This document shows positions 12,602 through 20,000 of a stretch of DNA of 20,000 nt, piece by piece (the stretch's first letter is position 1; each line of letters opens with the position of its first letter). This stretch comes from Lama guanicoe (Eukaryota). A program made the position numbers and the translations under genes. The notes beneath the pieces are model-generated. The model was not told where the DNA came from, did no database searches, and saw nothing but the letters and a program-made list of their open reading frames with translations. The stretch is taken from NCBI GenBank assembly GCA_013239625.1, contig MU053550.1, forward strand, positions 104,270 through 124,269. The letters are read 5' to 3'.

Positions 12602-12736
12602 CTCCAGGTACAATTATTTTGATTAAAATATCCACACAGAAAGCAAGTCACCCCCACGACTGCTGCCAGGAGGAGCATCTGAGTGTAATAGCCCAGCCAA
12701 GCAAAGAAGATTTCGACCTTCTCTCCGTAGAATTTC
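12602..12736 (-). CDS. ANO6: ANO6-like exon encoding TM1 (equivalent to human exon 8 by recollection); 135 nt, open frame, phase 2-2
   Basis: cttctgtctttctgcAG|G AAA TTC TAC…TGG AG|GTaact. Translates (R)[44 protein letters not shown](S); recalled human ANO6 is [46 protein letters not shown]. Confidence 0.9.
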
Positions 12737-12807
12737 CTGCAGAAAGACAGAAGGAAGTTTCAGAAGACACGCATAATCACTCTGTAGCTTCATCCTCATG
12801 TTAATTT

Positions 12808-12931
12808 ATTTTTTCTTTTTGGGGGGGCATAATTAGGTTTATTTATTTGTTTTTAAATGGAGGCATTGGGGATTGAACCCGGGACCTTATGCATGCTAGG
12901 CATGAACTCTACCACTGAGCTATACCCTCCC
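12808..12931 (-). mobile_element. Camelid tRNA-derived SINE (Vic-1 type)
   Basis: Reverse complement reads GGGAGGGTATAGCTCAGTGGTAGAGTTCATGCCTAGCATGCATAAGGTCCCGGGTTCAATCCCCAATGCCTCC with A and B boxes, followed by an AAATAAACCTAATT tail. TSD TCATGTTAATTT (12796-12807) / TCATATTAATTT (12936-12947). Confidence 0.92.
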
Positions 12932-14339
12932 TCCATCATATTAATTTCTGATTCTAAATCAAGGGGGCTTTAAGTTTAAACTTCTGACTCAATTCACACT
13001 TAAAACATATGCGTTTTCATAGCATCCTCCAAATTCTACCATGAAATAAGAAGTATTTTATGTATTATAGAAGTACAGATTACTGGTTCACCTGCTGAAG
13101 AGAGATAAATGAGAACAGAGCAAAGGAGGGGACGAGGCCTACTCTGGAGCAGATGCAGGGGATCATCACCACTCACTGGACAGTCTGGCACATTCAACAA
13201 ATCCCCCCAAATTTCATTATTAACAGGCTTGACACAAGTGGACATCAACAAGTGGCTCAGTCATCTGCTCCTGCCTTATCTCGGGAACTTCCCTGGAGCA
13301 AATGCATCGTAAACCACAGATAATAAGGAAATGTCTGATAATGATAACAACTGGGAGTGCAATGTCTCTCTGACAAAATATTTATAAAACTCATTGTGGG
13401 AATGGGAGAGGGCAGGAGGGATGTGACTGAGGATGGTACTGCCCTGTATTCTTTGTATCTAGCACGTCTGTTATTCCTAGGTTTTAAAAACACTTCAATG
13501 TTTCTCAGTTAATCTGGAGTAGATGGAACAGGCCAGGGAGGCAAGATTAGAAGAAAGGAGGCAGGACATGAAGCGGTGCCAGACTGGTCTTGAAAGGGAG
13601 AAAGACACAGAGAGGCAGACACAGACGGTTTAGGAATGAGGCAGAACAATGAGACGGCGGCTCAGATGTGTCTTGCTGTTGCTGATACTTCCCTCAATTG
13701 GCTCATTTCTGACTCTGCAGTGCTTGGTAAAACCTGCGGATTTCTTCAGCTCTGAGTTCTCTCTGAGGCTCCCGGCTCAGTCTGGAGTTCCCCCCCTTGG
13801 GGGACTCAGCTCTGAGAACAGCCTGGGGTCCTGGGAAACTTCACGCAGGAACCCCCTTGGGCTGGACCAGCGCTCACAGGGCTGCTGTGAGACCAGCTCC
13901 ATCGTCAGAGACCTGGGCGTGGACCATTCCATGGGGAAAAGGGCTGAGCCCGATGCCAAATCAGATAGGAGGGACAAAGTGTGTTCATTCTCATGTGACT
14001 GAGCTTTGTGGCCTGGCTCACTGATGGCAGGCTCAGGTTGGTGTCTGGCAGAGAAAACCCTCGCAATGGGTTTGAGATGTCTTGGACTCTTTCTTGTTAA
14101 GCTTTTTGTAATACATTCTTATCAACTATCCATCCTGAAAATGCCACATTCAAAACTGAAAGAATGTTAGAAGTTGCCTGCTCCAACTGCCCAATGGTAA
14201 ACACACCCTGCTACAGTTAGAGAGCTGGTCAGGCAGCCTCTGCCTGGATTTTAACAGTGACGGGGAGTTCATTATTTACAAAGGTTACATGTCGGTAAGA
14301 AGGTCAGACAGAATTTTTGAACCTTAAACAGATGTCTGC

Positions 14340-14449
14340 NNNNNNNNNNNNNNNNNNNNNNNNNNNNNNNNNNNNNNNNNNNNNNNNNNNNNNNNNNNNN
14401 NNNNNNNNNNNNNNNNNNNNNNNNNNNNNNNNNNNNNNNNNNNNNNNNN
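14340..14449. other. Assembly gap (N run)
   Basis: Run of N. Confidence 1.
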
Positions 14450-14454
14450 CATAA

Positions 14455-15075
14455 TTCATTTTGATTTCTTTTTATCAAAGTTATACCATACATTCATTAA
14501 AGAGTCAAATAGTTCTCGAACACCGATTCTAAAAAGGAGCAGTTCCCAACAACCGCCCCATTTCCTGGCCAGAAGCAAGCATGTTCAGCTCCTACTGCTG
14601 ACTCCTATAATAATTACTCCCTTTCTCTGACTAATATCCTTGTAACGCAGCCTACTGACTTTTTCAGCTTTATGTATCACCTAATTAACTTTGTATTTTG
14701 GAAAATGAGGATTAAGCTCTCTTTCAAACCCCATCTCATCTACACATCCAAAACTTCATTCTTCCAACCTTTTGATACAATTACATTATAATTTTGATCA
14801 GCTCAGTAGCCTTGCTTTACATTATTAGCTCTCTGTACAGACTGTTCACAGCTGTTGCAAGTTGGCTGCTAGGCTTACTTTTTTCTTCCCTACTTTTTTT
14901 TCCTGGAGTTAATAATTGTCTTGGTGGTTCATAGGTTAGATTTCTGTGCACTTAACAACTCAACTCCAGACCTTCCCCTAATGAATAACTTTTTCAATAC
15001 TTTCCAATACATTGTCTACAAACTTCATCTCCTTGAATAAATCTCTTCAGATCTCCTTCAATCTTGATTAACGAC
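14455..15075 (-). mobile_element. HAL1 (half-L1) 3' region, ancient
   Basis: TTAAAGAGTCAAATAGTTCT, GAAAATGAGGATTAAGCTCTCTTTCA and TTCCTGGAGTTAATAATTGTCTT match recalled antisense HAL1 3' consensus. Confidence 0.7.
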
Positions 15076-15347
15076 ATGCTAGTCCTGTCACAGACCTCAA
15101 GGGGCCACTAGTGGGAAGAAACAAAGGGAACACATGGACCAGGGGCAGGGAACAATCAACATATTTTCCTTAGCACAACATATTTAAAATAGTGGGAAAA
15201 TTGTTTTCTTTACAAACACACACACAAATCCCAAAAGCCCATAATGAATGATTAAAGAGCCATCAAACCCATTGCCCTGCCATCAAATTCTGTATAACAA
15301 AACAAAAATAACAGAAGGAAAATATCATATAAATATGAACCTCCAGC

Positions 15348-15452
15348 GGGAGGGGGTACACTCAGTGGCAGAGTGTGTGCTCAGCATGCATAAGGTCTTA
15401 GATTCAATCTTCAGTACCTCCATTAGAAAAAAAAATTTAAAAAGAAAGAAAA
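15348..15452 (+). mobile_element. Camelid tRNA-derived SINE (Vic-1 type), diverged
   Basis: GGGAGGGGGTACACTCAGTGGCAGAGTGTGTGCTCAGCATGCATAAGGTCTTAGATTCAATCTTCAGTACCTCCATT plus an A-rich tail. Homologous to 12808-12931. Confidence 0.88.
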
Positions 15453-15509
15453 CTGTATCAACTTTAAATATTTACATATGTACAAACATCCTCTTTTAAA
15501 ACTGTGCTC

Positions 15510-16290
15510 TACAGGATAACCCGGGTTAATGAGAAAGTGCCTTTTCATGACTGTGATCCTGCTGATAATTAAGGGAGGAAATTAGTGTATGACCACATGA
15601 AATAAAGTCCCTTATAAAATAATGATCCCAGGTGACAATCATTATTGGCTGCTGTCATCACAAAAAAGAGAGTCAACTGGAAATTATGGACCTTATGACA
15701 GGAGTACAAAACTTCACATTACAAGTATTCTTGCACAAAGTTGAACCTCAGTCAGATCAAGCTTTTAGGGGAGGATCAAATCACTTAGCTAAAGCCAATA
15801 CATAGGATGGAGAAACAAGTATAACACCACAGGGTAGAATGAAATCAGCCAAACAGGAAATAGAGAAACCCCATTGAGGGGGGTTTCTCTATTTCAAGGA
15901 AAATGAGAAAAAGGAAAATTATAGATTAGAACCCACTTGAGAGATATGCTAGCTGCAATGTCTGAACCTAGTCTAGATCCTAATTTCAACCTCAAAGTTA
16001 CTTAAAAGTGTATTTTTGTGACAATCAGGAAATTATTTTGTAACCCTAAAAAAATAAGGAATATTCCAATTGTATTTGAAACAGACCTTGTCATTTCACT
16101 AATGAAAGGTTAAGCTATGTAGGATTGTCTTCAAAATGATCCCGTAGTGGGGGAGGGGAGGAGGTAGAGATGAAAGATGCAACAACAGTGACTCTGAGTT
16201 TATAATTCTGGAGCTGGGTGACTGATACAGGCAGGCTGGCTATACTGTTCTCTCTACTTCTGTACATGTTTGAATCTTTCCATAAAATCT
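15510..16290 (+). mobile_element. Ancient L1 3' end (L1MC4/L1MC5-like)
   Basis: AAGTATTCTTGCACAAAGTTGAACCTCAGTCAGATCAAGC; TTTTTGTGACAATCAGGAAATT; terminal GGAGCTGGGGTGA…TATACTGTTCTCTCTACTTCTGTACATGTTTGAATCTTTCCATAAAA. Confidence 0.7.
15857..15895. repeat. Perfect inverted repeat, 16-bp arms and 7-nt loop
   Basis: GAAATAGAGAAACCCC (15857-15872) - ATTGAGG - GGGGTTTCTCTATTTC (15880-15895). Confidence 0.95.
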
Positions 16291-16409
16291 GAAACAAACA
16301 AAAAGACATCAGTGTTTCAAAACCCTCACTTGGAAGGTTAAGAGGATTGCCCAAGTAGGTGGGCACCTGCATGGGGCACTGAGATGAGAAAGAACAGGCA
16401 CCTGTCTCC

Positions 16410-17130
16410 AGGCCGACCTGGGGCTGCCTTGACCCTCCTCTTCTACTCACCATCCACAGCCAGCCCATAACTGCATCCTGTCAACTCCACTCCCCAAACG
16501 CATTCCTCCTGGCTCCCACCATCTCTCATCTGGCCCACTCCAAGAGCCTCCTACCCGGCCTCCCTGCTTCCTGGGTCCCTGTAATTCATTCTTCACATTA
16601 TCTTTGCAAAATTTGAGTGATAGAAAATTATTTAGTGCTTAAAATATCATGGCTGCTTCTCACTGCGCTTAGAGTCTACACTCCTTTCCGTGCTCCTGAT
16701 GCCCTTCTAAACCTTGCGTCTCATCCCTCTCACCAGCGCTGGCTCCAGTATCTCCTCAAACCTGCTGAGCACATTTGTGCCTCGGGGCCAATGGACAAGC
16801 TACCTCTATTCCTGGGGCGACTTTTCCCAGATTCTCAAAGTCCAACCTCCTTATCACCATCTCAGCTCACATGTAACCTACTCAAAGATAGCTTTCTTGA
16901 CTCACTTCCCCCCAAGTCTCCCATCTAAACACTGTGGTATTTCCTTCATTTCAATCTGACATTGTTTCCTTATTCGCTCGATTATTTTTGTTTGCTCGGT
17001 TGTCCTTGGCTTCCCTCCCCCCAGCAGCCTTGCCCAAAGAGCATAAGCTCCCGGGGAGCAGCCGGCACTGCTGCTCTGAGAAGACACATGCTGAGCGTGA
17101 CATTACAGTCACATGGTGTAGTGAAATGAT
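16410..17130 (+). mobile_element. L2 (L2a-like) 3' portion
   Basis: Pyrimidine-rich tract with L2 motifs CACCATCTCTCATCTGG…AGCCTCCTACCCGGCCTCCCTGCTTCC, TGCCTCGGGGCC, TCTCAGCTCACATGTAACCT and ATAAGCTCCCGGGGAGCAG. Confidence 0.75.
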
Positions 17131-17207
17131 GTCGAACAGCAGATACAGCAAAACAGTGAGAATTTCTCTCTTATTTTATAATTTAAGTGAAATTTAACAT
17201 TTACTCC

Positions 17208-17610
17208 TGTTTAATGAAGAATTTGGTAGGTCTTTGGTCCCAGTTCCTGGAGGGCAATACCTAAAGCCTTGAAATTTCCCATGATAGGAGTGTCTTTGCT
17301 ATTCATGGTGGAACCTTGGATGTCTTGGGTTCATGAGATGACTCAGGATGGGGGCTGGCCAGCCAGAGACACCGACCATGTGATTAGAGGAGTGGGGCTT
17401 TGAGCTTTGTGACAAGTGAGTGGCCACCAGGAGAGGAAGGGGCTCAGTGGTTAGGGCTAAGAAAAGGTTTGACTTACAGTTAGGGTTTGGGTTAGCCATG
17501 TCGGTAGTGACCCAATAAATCATGGCTTTGTTATAAAGCCTCCAGTAAAAACTTGGGACAACAAAGCTCAGAGCTCCTGTGAGCTTCCTGGTTGGTAGCA
17601 CTCTTGGAGG
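17208..17610 (+). mobile_element. MER21-type LTR (ERVL), 3'-truncated
   Basis: TG start; AAGAATTTGG…GGTCTTTG…AATTTCC…TGATAGGAGTGTCTTTGCTATTCAT…GACTCAGGATGGGGGCTGG…ACCATGTGATTAGAGG…GAGCTTCCTGGTTGGT match recalled MER21B/C consensus. Confidence 0.8.
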
Positions 17611-17681
17611 ACTGTCACCCTCAGATGCCATGAGGGCAACCCTGGGCCCTTCCCACTGGAGTGCTCTCCACAGAAGCTCAC

Positions 17682-17796
17682 CTGATGAGATCTAAGGGCT
17701 GCTTCTTGTGTATGCTTCGAGGAGGATCCCATTTCCTTTACAGAAGGCCCTGTTCACTGGTGCATCTGAGGTCCTCTGACGGAAGCTGAAGTTGCA
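17682..17796 (-). pseudogene. ANO6: Disabled ANO6-like exon (equivalent to human exon 7 by recollection); 115 nt
   Basis: Translates CNFS/(frameshift)PSEDLRCTSEQGLL*RKWDPPRSIHKKQPLDLI(R); recalled human is CKFRRQSEDPSCPNERYLLYREWAHPRSIYKKQPLDLIR. The donor CAG|GTGAGC is intact, the acceptor reads cttcccAC, and there is a TAA at 17738-17740. Confidence 0.88.
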
Positions 17797-17942
17797 GTGG
17801 GAAGCAGAAGCAAACATGTGAGTGAAACTATCACCACGTGATCACATGTTCTGTTGATAAAATTTGGTGCTAACACTTCATGGTCATTTGTAAATAAGGG
17901 GCCCTTACTTGCCAGAAGGGATGGAGGTACCATAAAAGTTTT

Positions 17943-18153
17943 CATAATTCTCACCCAGGATTAATACTAACCCCTTGAGGGTCATTTGCAAATATGGGTG
18001 GAAAGGAACGCTTGGATGTTACAGTCCTGGGGCCACAGTGGGTACCTGGTTTGAGCCTTGCAGATGCGTAATGTCCTACAACTGGGCCAGTGTTCCACAG
18101 CAAAAAAACTAGGCCACCCAAGTGCCCAAACTGCTGCAGTGGAGGGACACCTG
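17943..18153 (+). mobile_element. MER20/MER20B-like hAT-Charlie DNA transposon relic
   Basis: TTCTCACCCAGG…CCCCTTGAGGGTCATTTGCAAATATG…GATGCGTAATGTCCTACAA…CCACAGCAAAAAAACTAGGCCACCCAA…GTGGAGGGACACCTG resembles recalled MER20-family consensus. Orientation is tentative. Confidence 0.55.
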
Positions 18154-19348
18154 ACGGTCCAGCCCCCTCCTTGGTCACCCAGAGGAACCTGGACTCTGGC
18201 TGGTTGGGGGCAGGGTCAATTCTAAAACCCACGCTTTTTTGTCCCCACAATTCAGTAGTTATTCGGTGACAGCACATGGAATATAAACAAAGAAACTTGA
18301 CATGATGTTATATATTTAGCTTTCTAAAGAAACAAAATTTAAATCCAGCCATTTTCCTTCCCACATGACCTACTTTACTTTCTCCTGTACTAGAACCAGA
18401 TTATTGCCCACCCAGCCTTATCATGGGTACTGACTCCACTTACCTCCCGACCAAACACCACATGAGATGATTCCTCAGCCTGGATGTGGGACCAGCAATT
18501 ACAACAGGCTTTAGTGGAAAAGAACTGGTTGTGCGCAGATGACAACTAAACACTGTAGAATCCTGGTGTCCCACATTAGTAATCATGACAGCTGTTTGCC
18601 AGTGTCCCCAAAGTTCATTTCAGATTCTCAATGCTAACTTTCCTGGGACATAAATATAAAACAGGTGGACTGCTGGGCTGGACTGCTATGCTGGGTCTCT
18701 GATCCAGGAAGCTCAGTGTCTGCTCCCTGCACCCAGCTCCCTGTTCTGTTCATGCATGTGCATCAAGCAGCTGTTTAGCGTCCATTTTAATATCTTAAAC
18801 AGTGCATTTCAGTATTGTCTTCATCCACAAATACGTGTACCACACAGTAGTAATGATTAATCTCAGTCTTTGCTTTCTTTGGTCTTAAAGAGTCAGATAA
18901 ATGGATAGCAAAGATAACAAAGTCATAGAGTGCTATAATATAGTATTTCCTTTATTTCATTGTCAGGATTTATTTAAAGAGCTTAGATATAACATCCTTG
19001 CATTTATGGCATCATTAAGCATCTGAAGCTGTTACATTTTAAGCACTTAATTTCACACGAGATGTTATCAGTTAGAGAAGTGCTCCTGAATTTGAGGGGT
19101 TGCTGTCAATTCAGACGGAGTCCTTAAAAAATGTCAGCACTCTGCAGTATTGCCATCATGACAAGAACCCAGACAGATGAAATTTGGAAAACCCTGTGGC
19201 TTTCTAGTGCATATACAGAAAATGGTATTTCAGAGGGAAAAAGCCTGAATTACAGAAAATGATAAACGAAATGATCTAACATGCATTTCCCTTACAAAGA
19301 GCTAGTACTACTTTGGTTGATAATAACATCTGTCACTAATTATGAGAA

Positions 19349-19550
19349 GAGCTGACAGATGCATAGTACTTACTATTAGCCAGGGCTGTTCTAACATTGA
19401 CACAGATTCATTAATCCCCATAGCAACTCTACGAGGTGGGTACTATTATTATCCCCATTTTATTGATGAGGAACTTGATTAACACAGAGGCTAAGTGACT
19501 TTTACAAGGTCAAAAGCGAGAAACCAGCACAGGTGTTCCAGCCTGAGCCT
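19349..19550 (-). mobile_element. MIR SINE
   Basis: TACTTACTATTAGCCAGGGCTGTTCTAA…GAGGTGGGTACTATTATTATCCCCATTTTATTGATGAGGAACTTGA…AGAGGCTAAGTGACTTTTACAAGGTCA is the antisense MIR core. Confidence 0.88.
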
Positions 19551-19551
19551 A

Positions 19552-19607
19552 NNNNNNNNNNNNNNNNNNNNNNNNNNNNNNNNNNNNNNNNNNNNNNNNN
19601 NNNNNNN
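19552..19607. other. Assembly gap (N run)
   Basis: Run of N. Confidence 1.
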
Positions 19608-19624
19608 GGGAGATAATAAGGTAA

Positions 19625-19747
19625 TTCTGGTGGGGGGTGGGGAGGTAATTAGGGTTATTTGTCTATTTTAGAGGAGGTGTTGGGGGCTGAACCCAGGACC
19701 TTATGCATGCTAAGCATGCACCCCGTCAGTTATACTGCACCCTCCCC
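19625..19747 (-). mobile_element. Camelid tRNA-derived SINE (Vic-1 type), diverged
   Basis: GGGGAGGTAATTAGGGTTATTT…GGAGGTGTTGGGGGCTGAACCCAGGACCTTATGCATGCTAAGCATGCAC…CCCTCCCC, homologous to 12808-12931. Confidence 0.88.
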
Positions 19748-19813
19748 TCTCTAGTCTATGCTCTTAGCTGCTAATCCGCACCGCCCCACACGGTAACTCT
19801 GGGGGAACTAGAG

Positions 19814-19910
19814 TTCATTCATTCACTCGTTAAACTCAGCCTTCCCGGTGCCTGGGATTCAGCAGTGAACAAGACAACATGCTTCCTGCCTTAAATGAGC
19901 TTGTCGCCTC
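19814..19910 (-). mobile_element. L2 3' terminal fragment
   Basis: TTCATTCATTCA tail followed by GGGATTCAGCAGTGAACAAGACA…TCCTGCCTTAAATGAGCTT, the antisense L2 3' end. Confidence 0.7.
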
Positions 19911-19916
19911 CTGACA

Positions 19917-19962
19917 TATTATCTTCATTTTACCCAGGAAGAAACGAGGTTAAGAAGATTAC
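19917..19962 (-). mobile_element. Short MIR core fragment
   Basis: TATTATCTTCATTTTACCCAGGAAGAAACGAGGTTAAGAAG resembles the MIR core seen at 19444-19500. Confidence 0.5.
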
Positions 19963-20000
19963 CCTTTTCCTGTTAACACCTGAGGAGACATGAGGTGCTT

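Larger units (their letters stand above)
12602..17796 (-). pseudogene. ANO6: Anoctamin-6-like (TMEM16F) intron-containing gene segment, probably an unprocessed pseudogene; extends beyond the visible exons
   Basis: Two exons in the correct order and phase (…LDLI-AG|G-KFYGEK…) separated by a 4945-bp GT-AG intron (12737-17681). The upstream exon carries disabling lesions. Confidence 0.85.

Noticed and set aside
12619..12804. 61-aa + strand ORF
   Set aside because: Antisense shadow of the ANO6-like exon; no recognisable protein.
12860..12931. tRNA-like sequence with A and B boxes
   Set aside because: It has a SINE tail and TSD, and three copies occur in the window, so it is a SINE and not a tRNA gene.
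13649..14024. GC-richer patch with overlapping ORFs, including a 117-aa ORF with a signal-peptide-like start
   Set aside because: No recognisable homology or exon structure, and it lies within the ANO6-like intron. It may be an old LTR or regulatory element, but this cannot be supported by eye.
18440..18560. Strong minus-strand donor-like motif (GAG|GTAAGT) as a candidate upstream ANO6 exon
   Set aside because: Adjacent sequence does not resemble the recalled preceding exon (…SGIYKAAFPLHD); probably a chance motif.
1..20000. CRISPR array, prokaryotic operon or intact RT system
   Set aside because: The sequence is mammalian, there are no regularly spaced repeats, and the only RT sequences are dead LINE-1 ORF2 relics.

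Overview
Mammalian, repeat-rich genomic DNA, most likely from a camelid, judging by three Vic-1-type tRNA-derived SINEs and camelid/cetartiodactyl-type L1 ends. There are three assembly gaps. About 1.4-12.6 kb is a stack of three + strand LINE-1 generations: an ancient ORF2 fragment, a decayed near-full-length L1MB-type element, and a younger L1 truncated at both ends. The main non-repeat signal is missed by the ORF track. It consists of two minus-strand exons homologous to anoctamin-6 (ANO6/TMEM16F, phospholipid scramblase), at 17682-17796 and 12602-12736. The upstream exon has a destroyed acceptor (AG>AC), a 1-nt deletion and an in-frame TAA. The downstream TM1 exon is open and has intact splice sites but is unusually diverged. 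This looks like an intron-containing, degenerating ANO6 copy (duplicate pseudogene, or less likely loss of the orthologue). The rest is L2, HAL1, L1MC, MER21, MER20-like and MIR relics. Repeat family names and ANO6 exon numbers and sequences come from recalled consensus, not from a database search.
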